A DNA stretch of 64,000 bases, from NCBI RefSeq assembly GCF_009914755.1, contig NC_060926.1. The stretch is one strand, 5' to 3'. The position numbers were made by a program, and so were the translations under genes. Below the pieces are notes generated by a model. That model did no database searches, was not told the origin of the DNA, and saw only the letters and a program-made list of their open reading frames with translations. The stretch's first letter is position 1, and each line of letters begins with the position of its first letter. Positions 27,874 to 42,091 of this stretch are shown here, in pieces. The stretch comes from the human T2T-CHM13v2.0 reference genome, Homo sapiens.

Positions 27874-28605
27874 CTTTTCTTTTCTTTCTTTCTTTTTTCT
27901 TCTCTCTCTTTTTTTTTTTAAGACACACAGCTATTTCTCTTGCTTTTTGAATTAGAAATAGAGGGCACTACTTTTATTAAATAAGGGCTGCAAATTTAAA
28001 GTTCTTACTATCTCCCACTGTTTGTCATTTCTGAGTCTACCATGCAACATATTCATAACTCAATTCTTCTCTTCTTGTCCATTACATTATTATTTCTTAC
28101 TGTTTTATGTTTAAGGGGAAGTTATTTTTCAATAACAATAAGGTTTTTGATCTTTTTGGGACAGAGTTGATTTCTATAATGCTTTTATGAGGTTGGAACA
28201 GTAGTTCTGGCAGAATAGCTGAGTCAAAGTAGCTTTTAAAGCACCTTTGGAGAGTTTTAGATGGGACTTGTTCAGTTTTATGCTATCTAGCACAAGATCA
28301 CTGCTATCATAAAAACACTTAACATTCATTGATGTTTCTTCAGGTGACAGGTATTTATTGTGGGCCCACTCTGTAGTGGGCACTGTACTTGGGAACATCA
28401 CAAACATAAATAAAACAGGTTGAGTGTACCAATATGGAGATGGTTGACTAATTTATGGAACATTCTTACAATAGATATGACTCTAACTTCCAAAGAGTAC
28501 ATCAGATACATACTTATGACCCTGGAAATTTTATCATTATAATGCTCTTAGGTATTCGTAGTTTGTTTGTTTTAAAACATATTTTATTTAAAAATGGTGT
28601 GTGTT

Positions 28606-28780
28606 CACCGGGGCCTGTCGTGGGGTGGGGAAAGCGGGGAGGGATAGCATTAGGAGATATACCTAATGTTAAATGACGAGTTAATGGGTGCATCACACCA
28701 ACATGGCACATGTATACATATGTAACAAACCTTCACGTTGTGCACATGTACCCTAAAACTTAAAGTATAATAAAAAAAAA
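28606..28780 (+). mobile_element. 5'-truncated young L1PA (approximately L1PA3/4) 3' end
   Basis: gggagggatagcattaggagatatacctaatgttaaatgacgag...acttaaagtataataaaaaaaaa; 16-bp TSD at 28590-28605 and 28837-28852. Confidence 0.92.
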
Positions 28781-29243
28781 CATAGGTAATATCACATTGC
28801 AAATGCTAAAATACTTTAAAATATAGACACACACAAAAAAATGGTGTGTGTTTATAAGCATATTAAAAAATTTTAGAGCATTCACACACAATAGTAGTTA
28901 TAAATGGAGAGTGGGTTGAAGCAAGCAGGAGGAGTCTTTCACACTTTTATATAACTTTTCTTTTTAAAGAACAGTGCGATAAGTGACTGTAGACATGGAG
29001 TTTTCTGGTATTTTTGAAATTAAAAAGATGTAAAAGAAGTAAGTTAATTTAAGGAACTGAGAAATAATTTCAAGATGTTTTAAAAAGTCATTGCCAATAA
29101 ATTCAAAGATGTCTTCCTGGTTTCCCAGTAGTAAAAGAGGTTGAAAAATATACGTATACACATATAATATTTAATATCTCTTTCCTGGTATCCCTGCTTT
29201 GGTTTGAAATAGTGAATCTAAACTTTAAAAAAGTTAACTTCTT

Positions 29244-29547
29244 GGTCCGGCGTGGTGGTTCACGCCTGTAATCCCAGCACTCTGGGAGGCTGAGGCAGGC
29301 GGATCAGGAGGTCAGGAGATTGAGACCATCTTGGTTGGCAAACACGGTGAAACCCCATCTCTACTAAAAATACAAAAAATTAGCCAGGTGTGGTGGCGGG
29401 CACCTGTAGTCCTAGCTACTCGGGAGACTGAGGCAGGAGAATGGCTGAACCCGGGAGGCAGAGCTTGCAGTGAGCGGAGATCGCGCCACTGTAACTCCAG
29501 CCTGGGGGACAGAGCGAGACTCCATCTCAAAAAGAAAAAAAAAAAAG
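29244..29547 (+). mobile_element. AluY-type
   Basis: gagcttgcagtgagcggagatcgcgccac; TSD ending gttaacttctt. Confidence 0.93.
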
Positions 29548-29569
29548 GTTAACTTCTTTACAATAGAAG

Positions 29570-30020
29570 CATATAAAACTAATTTGTAGCAACCTAAGAG
29601 CAAACATTTCTCTCAGAAAGTAATTGGCTTTGCCATTCTGGGGCTGTTCAAAACTATGGGCAAGTTCAAATCTATAGGGCATGCTGTCAGGAGGGGCAAG
29701 CTGGAAACTCCTGGGCAGCAGCTGATGCAGTAGAATTTCTTCTTGCTCAGGGAAATCTCACTTCTATCTTTCAACTGATTGGATCAGGCCCACCCAGATT
29801 ATCAAAGATAATCTCCTTTACTGGCAGTCAACTGATTTGTAGATGTTAATCACGTCTGCAAAATATCTTCACAGCAACACCTAGATTAGTGTTTGAATAA
29901 TTGGGACTACAGCCTAGGCAAGTTGATATATAACACTGACATCACAGTCCACCCTTCATCAACTTGGTACCCATCCACATCTCCTTAAACCATACTTAAC
30001 TTCAAAATAAAGACAACACT
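29570..30020 (-). mobile_element. MLT2-type LTR with adjacent ERVL internal 3' sequence
   Basis: caactgattggatcaggcccacccagattatc...caagttgatat...atcaca followed by gtccaccctt (antisense polypurine tract). Confidence 0.75.
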
Positions 30021-30224
30021 TCTTTAAATTCTGTTAGGTGGAAGGTTATACTTCTGTTAGGTTAACCTATACTTCTGGAAGGTTAGCCTTCTGTTAGGTG
30101 GAAGTATAATCACCATAGGTTATACTTCCACCTAACGGAAGTATAGGTTATATTTCTACCTAACAGAAGTATAGGTTATATTTCTACCTTACAGGATCTC
30201 ATGTATCCTATCCTATGTGTAACG

Positions 30225-30738
30225 TTTTTCAGCTTTATTGAGGTATAACTGACAAATAAAAATTACATATAGTCAAGGTATACAACATGATGGCTTGATT
30301 TACATATACATTGTTGTAATGTTTACCACAATCAAATTAATCAAGACATCTATCACCACACATAGTTATCCTATTTGTGTGTATTGGGGAGCAGGGTTGA
30401 GGATGCTTAAATTCTACTCTTTCTGCAAATTTCAATAAATAATACTGTATTATTAACTGTAGTCATCATGCTGTATCTTAGGTCCCCAGAACTCATTCTT
30501 CTTATGACACAAAGCTTACATACTTTGACCAATATCTTCCCATTTCCTCCAGTCCCTGTTCCACATCCTGCTTCTATGAGATGGTGGACTTTTTTAGATT
30601 CCATATATAAGTGAGATCATACAGCACTTTTTCACTTTTTGTGTGTGGCTTATTTCACTTAGCATAATGTCCTCCAGTTTCATCCACGTTGCTGCAAATG
30701 GCAGGATTTTCTTCTTTTTGTGGCTGAATAATATTCCA

Positions 30739-30784
<46 letters not shown>

Positions 30785-31370
30785 CATTTTCTTTATTCAT
30801 TCATCCATTGATGGACACTGTATTAGTTTGTTCTCACACTGCTATAAGGAAATACCCAAGACTGGGTAATTTACAAATGAAGAAGGTTTAATTGACTCAC
30901 AGTTCCACATGGCTGGGGAGGCCTCAGGAAAATTACAATCATGGAGAAAGGGGAAGCAGGCATCTTCATCACAAAGCAGTAGGAGAGAATGTGAGTGCAT
31001 GTAGGAGGAACTGTCAAACAGTTATAAAACCATCAGATCTCATGGGAACTCACTATCACAAGAACAGCATGAGAGAAACCACCTCCATGATCCAATCACC
31101 TTCCACCAGGTCCCTCCCTCCACATGTGAGGATTATGGGGATTACAATCGGGTATGAGATTTGGGTGGGGACACAGAGCCAAACCATATCAGACACCTAG
31201 GTTGTTTTCATATCTTGGCTATTGTGAATAATTCTGCAGTGAACATAGGGGTACAGATATCTCTTTGAGATACTTATTTCATTTCCTTTGGATATGTACT
31301 CAGAAGTGGGATTGCTGGATTGTACAGTAGTTTTATTTTTAATTTTTAATGGCATCTCCATACTGTTGTG
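30225..31370 (-). mobile_element. L1MA-type 3' end with (CA)22 at 30740-30783
   Basis: agctttattgaggtataactgacaaataaaaatt start; L1 3'UTR motifs. Confidence 0.85.
30819..31191 (-). mobile_element. THE1D/MST-type MaLR solo LTR
   Basis: tgtattagt...accatatca termini; perfect 5-bp TSD gacac. Confidence 0.9.
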
Positions 31371-31479
31371 GGTGATGTTCACTCTCCTTCTTGATATCTG
31401 TAGCTTAAATACAGTGATGTAAAGTTCACTAGTATTAATGCATGTTGTATTAGATGATGGGGGTTATGAGGGAATGTTT

Positions 31480-32450
31480 GCTTTATGTATACACAATCAA
31501 TTACATTCATAACAAAATAAGCAAGAAATACTTGTAACTATTACAGTTCTCATTTCAGCAAGTGGTCACATGGCTGTAGCTGATATATAACTACCTTTTT
31601 CTCTACCCGTTTTATATTCTCTTTGCCCTCAGCAAACACCTCAGGTGCTTCAGGATGATGGGGAAACATGGTGAGATCAGTGAATTCCAGGAGAATGGGC
31701 CCACTGCCACATTTCATTTGCTGTGAAATGAGTTCCTTAGTTAGAAGCAACGCTAGGTGGAACACCATGATGCTGCTAAGGCATTCTGTAAGTTCATGGA
31801 CGGTAGTTTTGGCAAAGGCATTGTGTGTAGAGATGGCAAATTTGTATTCAAGGTAAGTATCTGTTCCAGTAAGAACAATTCCCTTCAATGATGGAAGCAG
31901 TCCAATGTAATCAATCTGCCACCAGGCAGCTGGCGGATCCCTCCAGGGAATGGTGCCATACTGGGGACTCAGTGTTGTTCTCTGCTGCTGTAGTTGGATA
32001 CTCAGCAGTGGCTGCAGCCAGGTCAGCCTTGGTGAGTGGAAGTCCATGCTGCTGAGCCCTGTATAATCTCCATCCCTGACAGGATGGCCATTTTGTTCAT
32101 GAGCCCACTGGACAATGACAGTAGTGGCTAGGGAAAGAAGCTGGCTGGTAGCCATAAAATGGGTCTTAATAGGCTCTGGATTATTAAAATTCTCCTCTGG
32201 ACCCTCCCAGTGTGAATGAGCGGGTCTTACTTGATAAATCCACTCTGACATCCCAATCCCCTTAAGCCTTTTGATATCTTCCTCTACAATATACCAAGGC
32301 AGTTCTGGCATTTCAATTTATTTAGCATAGGACATCTTTTGGTCCATGTTTCAGTCAACCAAACTGTCAGAGCCCTTTCTAACCCCTCAAGCAAACTTGC
32401 TGAGTCCAGAATCTCTGCTTGTGAGCCCATATCAATAATTTCAGCCTGCC
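31480..32450 (-). pseudogene. ERVL internal remnant: gag fragment joined to integrase fragments (ORF 31550-32311)
   Basis: PELPWYIVEEDIKRLKGIGMSEWIY...HWEGPEE is ERVL gag-like; LSPQYGTIP..AAWWQIDYIGLLP..VLTGTDTY is ERVL integrase-like. Confidence 0.8.
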
Positions 32451-32559
32451 TTCCTCTTTTTCCTTCTTTCCTTCTTTCTTCCCTTTCTTTTTTATTATAA
32501 AGTATTTTGAACAATGAAAAATAAACAGAATAATATAAATTCTCACCATCCAGATTTTT

Positions 32560-33143
32560 TAAAAAGGATTAACTCAGAGGACTTGTGGTGTTTAAACCCT
32601 GCACATTCCAAAGAAAGGCCAGGCCCTTAATTGATTCCTGGGAGATAACCTATAAGCTTGTGGAATATTCTGCCTGATAAAAGTATCTGTATACCAGGGG
32701 CTTTGGGCCATGTCAAATAGTTTATGCTAACAACGTGATTTATAGTAAATGCTAGTTTTTGTTCACCTGTGTTATGGCTATATCAGTTTGACTTCCGGGG
32801 AGGCAGGCTAGAGACTGAATAGTTAAGGTTGATCATGTGGTTGTTCTGTGCCTATGTGAGTGCCCCTAGGCACCAAGGCTTGGAAGAGTTCCCTTTGTCA
32901 ACAAAGGGAACTCTGTTACACACAGGTGCTGGGAGAGTTAAGCATTTTCTGTATGACTCCACTGGAAGAGGCCAACTGGAAGCATGTGTCTGGTCTCTCC
33001 CAGACTTTGCCCTATAAATTTATTGTTTGATGGTTTGATTAGGTGCCCTATTGCTGTGATATATCATAACCATGAGTATAACAGCTTTTGTGAACCCTCA
33101 TGAATCATTGAACCTCAGGGTAGCTTTATGGATTCCCAACACA
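32560..33143 (+). mobile_element. MER21C-like LTR
   Basis: aaaccctgcacattccaaagaaagg...cataaccatgagtataacagctt...cccaacaca. Confidence 0.7.
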
Positions 33144-33202
33144 GATGTTAACATTTGCCATATGTTATGCTTCCGATCTTTTTTTGTTTAAAGAAATATA
33201 TT

Positions 33203-33492
<290 letters not shown>

Positions 33493-33649
33493 GAAATATA
33501 TTACAGAAACAGTTTAAGACCGCAGTATGTCTCCTCTTTATTTCATTCCCTTCCTCCTTGTCCAGAAGTAGCCACAATTCTGAGGTTTGTGAGTGCTTTT
33601 GTTTCTGTTTCATATGTGTGTGTATATATAGTTATAAATACGAATGTAA

Positions 33650-34082
33650 TTTTTTTTAGAGATGGGGTCTCACAGTGTTTGCCCAAGCTGGACTCAAACT
33701 CCTGGAGTCAAGGGATCCTCCCAGCCTAGCCTCTTGAGTAGCTGGGACTTCAGGCACAAACCACATGCCTGGCTGATTTTTACATTTTTAATTCATATGT
33801 GTGCATTTATAAATAATACATAGTATAATTTTTATTTTTTTGAGACACAGTCTTGCTGTGTTGCCCAGGCTGAAGTGCAGTGGTGTGCTCTCAGCTCACT
33901 GCAGCCTCCACCTCCCAAGTAGCTGGGACTACAGGCAGGTGCCCCCATGCCCAGCTAATTTTTGTATTTTTAGTGAGGCATGGTTTCGCCATGTTGTCCA
34001 GGCTGGTCTTGAACTCCTGACCTCAGGTGATCCACCTGCCTTGGCCTCCCAAAGTGCTGGGATTACAGGCATGAGCCTGGCC
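33650..34082 (-). mobile_element. Alu monomer (33650-33775) and internally deleted Alu (33830-34082)
   Basis: Antisense Alu motifs; TSD acatagtataatttt around the second element. Confidence 0.85.
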
Positions 34083-34143
34083 AATACATAGTATAATTTT
34101 GTATGTGTTTTATTTTTAATATAAATGGGATCATATTATAGCA

Positions 34144-34605
34144 TGTGGCAGCCATAACAGTATACCTCTGGGTCTCTGATTATGAAGAGTATAACTGACT
34201 GAGTACCCCAGCTGCTATGCTCTGAAATCCACAACCATATTCATATTGAGGCCACATTTGCTGAGGGCTATGCTTAGCCAGTGATGACCATGGCAGGAAT
34301 ACTGAAGTGGGCCTATTCTTGGGAGACAAGGGACCCCTATGACAGGTGACATTGACTTGAGGATGCCCTGTCTTCTTTGCCAAACTTTCTTAGAATTGCA
34401 CTGTAGTCTAAGAACCTTCCACCAGAGCTTTCCTCCTTCCCTCTCTGCTTCACAAGAGTCAGATCTACAGCATAGTTTGACAACTCCTGGCCTCCTTGAA
34501 CTCCAGCCCTACTTTCCCTCACAGGTATTTCCTTTCATTAAACCTTATAAAATTTCTTGCATGTCTAATCCCGTCTTGGCATCTGCTTCTCACAGGCCCT
34601 GAATC
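34144..34605 (+). mobile_element. LTR16-like ERVL LTR
   Basis: tgtggcagcc start; tctaatcccgtcttggcatctgcttctc end motif. Confidence 0.6.
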
Positions 34606-36263
34606 ACCAATTTTATTTTCAGTTTGCTTTTTTTTTTTTAAACTCTACATTGTATTTTTGAGATTTATCCATGTTGTTACACGTATTCCTAGGTCATCTA
34701 TTTTAACTGCTGCATAGTGTTTCATTATATAAATGTACCACAACTCATTTATCCATTTCCTCATTGCTTCAAATTTTTATTTATTAAAAAAGCCATTGCA
34801 TAGAATGTCCCTGTGTGCAACTGGTGCACATGTGCAAGGGTTTCTTTGGTGTATATTCCTAAGAGGAATAGATGAGTCAAAATTATATGCATGTTCTCTA
34901 CTAGGTATTGCAACTTGCTCAACACAGTGGTAGTATCAATTTTCCCTCTCATGAGTCACGTATGAAAGTTTCCATCTCTTTTCCATTTTTGCCAACACTG
35001 TTATTTATTGTTAGACTTAAAAATTTTGGAGTGCTAGGCCAAAATGCAAACAACTTAAATGCCTAGGGAATGATAACTGGATAAAGAAAATATGTTATAT
35101 CCATACAATTGAGTAATATTAAGTTGTAAAAGTACTGATACATGCTACAACATAGATGAAACCTGAAAACAGTATGTGTTCCCAGCTAAATTATAGGCAA
35201 GTTAAGTCTAAGGACCATATATTTATACAACTTTGTATCCTGCATAGTTTTAAGCACTGTGCTGAACAGTTAGACATAACGTGTAAGTACTTTTGACTGC
35301 TCTTAGTACATCTCCTTAACATCTGCATCATTCCTAATAAATAAGTGGGTAAAAATTTGGTTTATTAAGGATTCTAATTAGTTAAATTATAGTAATTGAT
35401 ATCTTATTATACATTAAACTTCTTTTTAAATTGTTGCCCTATTTTACATTAGGTCTTCTGACTTTTTAACCATTTAATCTTAATGACTGGCTTGGGCTGC
35501 TCATAAAAGTAATGGCCCATTCATTTATTTTATCCATCTCAATAACTGATGCAGTCATTGAAACCAGTGGTTCAACTGGTGTGACTGACATGGAAAGTAA
35601 ATATAGCAGAAAGAAGTACAACAATCATTCCAGAGCCTGGTTTCTATACTGCAGTGTTGTGATCCTCAGAATAAAAGCATTTCTAGGAAGCCCTCTTAGG
35701 GGCCAGGGACACCCAAAAAAGGAGGGTCTGGGTCCTCTTTTCTCATTTTAACTAGAGTCATTAGTCTCTTTTACCTACTAAGATTCCTCATAAGGTACTG
35801 TTTGAGCAATAGCTTTTCAGACTAAAAACAAATTTTGAAAATTATCTGCCAATTGTATAAACATGACCAAAGTCGTCTTAGTTCTCAAGTGTATCATCAT
35901 TCATTCATTCATTCGCTCTTTCATTTATTAATTTATTCAACAAAATTTTAGAGCAATATATGTGCTAAGTAATAATTTAGACTCTGTCTCTCTCCTTAAC
36001 AGCACCAACAGCTGGTTGTTCTGGATGCAATAATTTATGCCTAGTGATAGAAAACAAACATAATTTGCAAGGTTTCTTTCTTATTCTCTTATTCCAGCTT
36101 ATACAGTTTTCTCTTCCCTTGTTCTTGAGATAACAAAATCAATGAGAATAATTAATGTTTGACAAGTTTGCAGTCACAATAACAGTAAAATAAAATATGG
36201 TTAATGTCCAGAATTTGGCTAAGAGATAAGAAAATATCACCCTTCAAAATTAAAATTGACCCC

Positions 36264-38947
36264 TGTATTAGTTTGCTTTCACACTGCTATAAAGATACTT
36301 CCCTGAGACTGAGTAATTTATAAAGGAAAGAGGTTTAATTGACTCACAGTTCCACATAGCTGGGGAAGCCTCAGGGAACTTAGCAATCATGGTGGAAGGG
36401 GAAGCAGTCACTTTCTCCACAAGACAGCAGGGAAGAGATGAGCAAAGGAGGAACTTCCAAACACTTATAAAACCATCAGATCTTGTGAGAACTCACTCAC
36501 AATCATGAGAAAAGCATAGAGGAAACTGCCCCTGATCCAGTCACCTCCCTCCTTTGACACGTGGGGATTACAGGTCCCTCCCTTGAGACATACGGATTAC
36601 ATTTCAAGATGAAATTTGGGTGGGGACACAGAGCCAAACCATATCATTCCACTCCTGGTCCCTCCCAAATCTCATGTCTTTTATACATTTCAAAACCAAT
36701 CACGCCTTCCCAACAGTCCCCTAAAATCTTAACTCATTCCAGCATTAACTTAAAAGTCCAAGTCCAAAGTTTCAGCTGAGACAAGTCAAATGTGTTCTGC
36801 CTATGAGCTTGTAAAACCAAAAGCAAGTTAGTTACTTCCTAGATGCAACGGGGGTAAAGGCATTGCCTAAATGTTCCCAGTTAAGATGGGAGAAATTGGC
36901 CAAAACAAAGGGGCTACAGGCCCCATGCAAGTCCAAAATTGAACAGGGCAGTCATTAAATCTTACAGCTCCAAAATGATCTCCTTTGACTCCATGTCACA
37001 CATCCAGTTCACATTGATGCAACAGATGGGCTCCCACAGTCTTTGACAGCTTCACCCCTCCTGGCTGCTTTCACAGGCTGGTATTGAGTGTCTGTGGCTT
37101 TTCCAGGTGCATGGTGCAAGCTGTTGGTGGATCTACCATTCTGGGGTCTGGAGGATGGTGACCCTCTTCTCACAGCTCCACTAGGCAGTGCCCCAGTGGG
37201 GACTCTGTGTGGGGGCTCCAACTCCACTACCCTAGCAGAGGTTCTCCATGAGGGTTCCACCCCTGCAGCAGACTTCTGCCTGGACATCCAGGCATTTCCA
37301 TACCTCCTCTGAAATCTAGGCGGAGGTTCCCAAACCTTGATTCTTGACTTCTGTGCACCTGCAAAACCAACACCACATGGAAACTGCCACGGCTTGGGAC
37401 TTGCTCCCTCAGAAGCAAGGCTGGAGGTGTACCTTGGCCCCGTTTAGACATGGTTGGAGCTGAAGCAGCTTGGACACAGGGCGCTATGTCCTAAGGCTGC
37501 ACAGAACAGCAAGGGCCCTGGGCCTGGCCCAAGAAACCACTTTTTCCTCCTAGGCCTCCAGACCTGTGAAGAGGGGGGATGCCGTGAAGATCTCTGACAT
37601 GCTCTGGAGACACTTTCCCCATCTTCTTGGCGATTAACATTCAGCTCTTCATTACTGTGAACTCCAAATATCTGAGACAAGTATCAGTTAATTTAGAAAG
37701 TTTATTTTGCCAAGTTGAGGATGTGTACCCATAACACAGCCTCAGGAGGTCCTGACGACATGTGCTCAATGTGGTTGGGGTATAGCTTGGTTTTATACAA
37801 TTTAGGGAGACATCAGACTTCAGTTTATATGTGTAAGATATACATTGGTTTTTCCAGAAAGGCGGGACAACTGGAAGCACGGAGAGGGCTTCCAGGTTAC
37901 CGGTACATGAGAGACAAATGGTTGCATTCTTTTACATTTCTTATTAGCCTTTCCAAAGGAGGCAATCAGATATGCATCTATTTCAGTGAGCAGAGGGATG
38001 ACTTAAATAGAATCAGAGGCAGGTTTGCCCTAAGCAGTACCCAGTTTCACTTTTCCCTTTAGCTTAGTGATTTTGGGGCCCAAATATTTATTTTCCTTTT
38101 ACTTTACTTGTGGAAATTTCTGCAGCCAGGTTGAATTCCTCCCCAGAAAATTGATTTTTTTCTACCTCATGGTCAAGCTGAATATTTTCCAAACTTCTAT
38201 GCTCTGCTTCCTCTTGAATGCTTTGCCGCTTAAAATTTCTTCTGCCAGATACCCTAAATTATCTTTCACAAGTTCAAAGTTTCACAGATCTCTAGGGCAG
38301 GGGCACAATACGGTCAGTCTCTTTGCTAAAGCATAGCAAGAATGACCTTTACTCCACTTCCCAATAAGTTCCTCATCTCCATCTGAGACCACTTTCACCT
38401 GGACTTCATTGTCTGTACCACTATCAGCATTTTGATCAAAACTATTCAACAAGTCTCTAGGAAATTTCAAATTTTGCCACATCTTCCTGTCTTCTTCTGA
38501 GTCTTCCAAACTGTTCCACTTCTGCCTGTTATCCAGTTCCAAAGGCACATCCACATTTTTGGGTACCTTTATAGCAGTACCCCACCCTCTGTAGTAGCAA
38601 TTTATTGTATTAGTCTGTTTTCACACTGCTATAAAGAACTTCCTGAGACTGGGTAATTTATAAAGGAAAAAGGTTTAATTGACTAACAGTTCTGCCTGGC
38701 CGAGGAGGCCTCAGGAAGCTTACAATTACCATGGAAGGGGAAGCAGGCACCTTCTTCACAAGTCAGCAGGAAAGAGATGAGCAAAGGAGGAACTTCCAAA
38801 CACTTACAAAACCATCAGAACTCACTCACTGTCATGAGAACACATGAAGGAAACCGCATCCATGATCCAATCACCTCCCTCCCTTGACGTGTGGGGATTA
38901 CATTTTGAGATGAGATTTGGGTGGAAACACAGAGGCAAACCTTAACA
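36264..38947 (-). mobile_element. Two-LTR MaLR provirus (THE1D/MSTA-type): LTRs 36264-36646 and 38606-38947 flanking an internal region
   Basis: Two related LTRs; typical MaLR internal sequence (ggtgcaagctgttggtggatctaccattctggggtctggagg); TSD acccc/acctc. Confidence 0.9.
37656..38103 (-). mobile_element. MER4A-like ERV1 solo LTR nested in the MaLR internal region
   Basis: acagcctcaggaggtcctgacgacatgtgc; 4-bp TSD ttac at 37652-37655 and 38104-38107. Confidence 0.82.
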
Positions 38948-40084
38948 ACCTCTAACTCTGTCTTATCCAATTCCCTGAGCCTAGCAGCTTCTAGGGCAGG
39001 GGTCGTGGGCTCCAGAGGGTTCCAGCTAGAAAATGTTACAGTGCTTTTTAATTTCTGAGGCCAATGAGAGACTTGAGACCAGCATTGCATACTCCATGTT
39101 GAGATCCTGGGGACAGTTGGCCTTAAAGGTCCTTGACCTTCAATGGAAAGGTCAACATTGGTCATGGAATTGTGCTTATTCTTTTTGGCCTCCAGGAAAT
39201 GGAGGAGGAAGTAAATGGTGGGCTGATTCCTCTCTGCATTGTGGTGGAGGGTGAAGAATAGGGAGCAAATGATTTCATGCTTATGCTTTGAAGGAGGACT
39301 GAAAACCTGTCTGTTGTTACACAGGTCCTTCCACTTATTGTGATTGTCCTCATTTAAGGTGTCAGCAGTTATACCAAAGTCCCAATGGACAGAGGAAAAA
39401 AAAATCACAGCACGTCTAAGCAGGCCTAACAGTGGAAAAAGATAAAGGGGATAATCAATCAGAATAGGTCTCTAATGACATAGAGATGCTGGATGAGATA
39501 GACAAGAACTTGACCAAAGCAGTAATTAGAACACTTAAAGGCTTTGAGTAAATCACAAATTAGGTTTCCTAGAAATAAAAAAGCATACTCCAAATAAAAA
39601 ATCCAATATGTGACTTGTAGGAAGGGAATGGCTACTTACATAATCAGGAAAGAACAATACTCCTATATTTTCATCTTGAAAAAATATGTTGAGAATCTAC
39701 TATGTGCTTGGCACTGTGCTAAGTACTGAGGATAAGTGGCAACAAGAAAAATCATGATTTTACCTTCCTGGAGCCAAAAGACTTGAGAATGACAAAAGGG
39801 GTGGTCAGAGAAGACTGTTCTGAAAAACGACATAATAATTAAATTTTAAAATAGAATGAAGCTCAGAGAAAAAAAAGTGTAATGGATGAGAGTGTTCACT
39901 TATTTGAAGTTATCTAAGATAGATGAAATGTAAATATGCCACTTATGTTGTCCAGTGATCATCAAGGAACTAAGGAGTCTTCCAAATTCCATTAAGTAAA
40001 GTAAAGTGTAAATAATAGAATAATGGCCACAATACAATTAATTTCATTACAACCAAGGATATTTCATAATATGAGTGCAGTGGA

Positions 40085-40465
40085 TTGACAGCAATGAACA
40101 TTTTTTAAACATGTGTACCATGCACTGTGCAAAGCACTGCATTTATTGTCTTATTCGGTCTCTTTAAAGTAGCTTCTCTTCTGGAGGCTGAGGTAGGAGT
40201 ATCACTTGGACCCAGGAGTTGGAGGCTGCAGTGATCTGTGATCATGTTACGGCACTCCAGCCTAGGTGACTGAGAGAGACCCTATCTGAAAAATAAATAA
40301 AATAAAATAAAAACATAAAGTAGCTTCTCTACCTCTCCCATTTTATGCATGAAAAATGGAGGGGCAGAATATTTACATGTTTGTCCATTCACAAAGCTAG
40401 TAAGTAGCTGAGTCAGGATTCAAATACAAGTATTTCTGACTGCAGTGAATTAGTATCCACTACCC
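40085..40465 (-). mobile_element. MIR interrupted by an Alu right-monomer fragment (~40181-40315, + strand)
   Basis: MIR core cccattttatgcatgaaaaatggagg, ctagtaagtagctgagtcaggattcaaa; TSD taaagtagcttctct around the monomer. Confidence 0.7.
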
Positions 40466-40506
40466 CATACTCCTCTAACCTGGAGTCTTGAGAGTCAAAG
40501 AAGTGC

Positions 40507-40904
<398 letters not shown>

Positions 40905-41116
40905 TTACATTTTTTTGAGCCTATTAAACAGTTCACTCGGCAGACTGCTGTACTTTGCTGAAAATACCCCTTTTAAAGGTAATTCAGTTTTCTTGTCTTT
41001 AATTCTGGACTCTCAATCAATATATTGTTTTTTTATCTTTAATGTGTTTTTTGAGTGAACTTGGATCCTGTGAATATGACTGCTGGCTTTTCTAACAGAT
41101 ATACTTCCCTTTGTAA

Positions 41117-42091
<975 letters not shown>

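Noticed and set aside
39150-39280. Similarity of the 39-kb ORF to IQGAP or plexin GAP domains
   Set aside because: Only a few scattered residues match from memory and the spacing is inconsistent, so it cannot be supported without a search.
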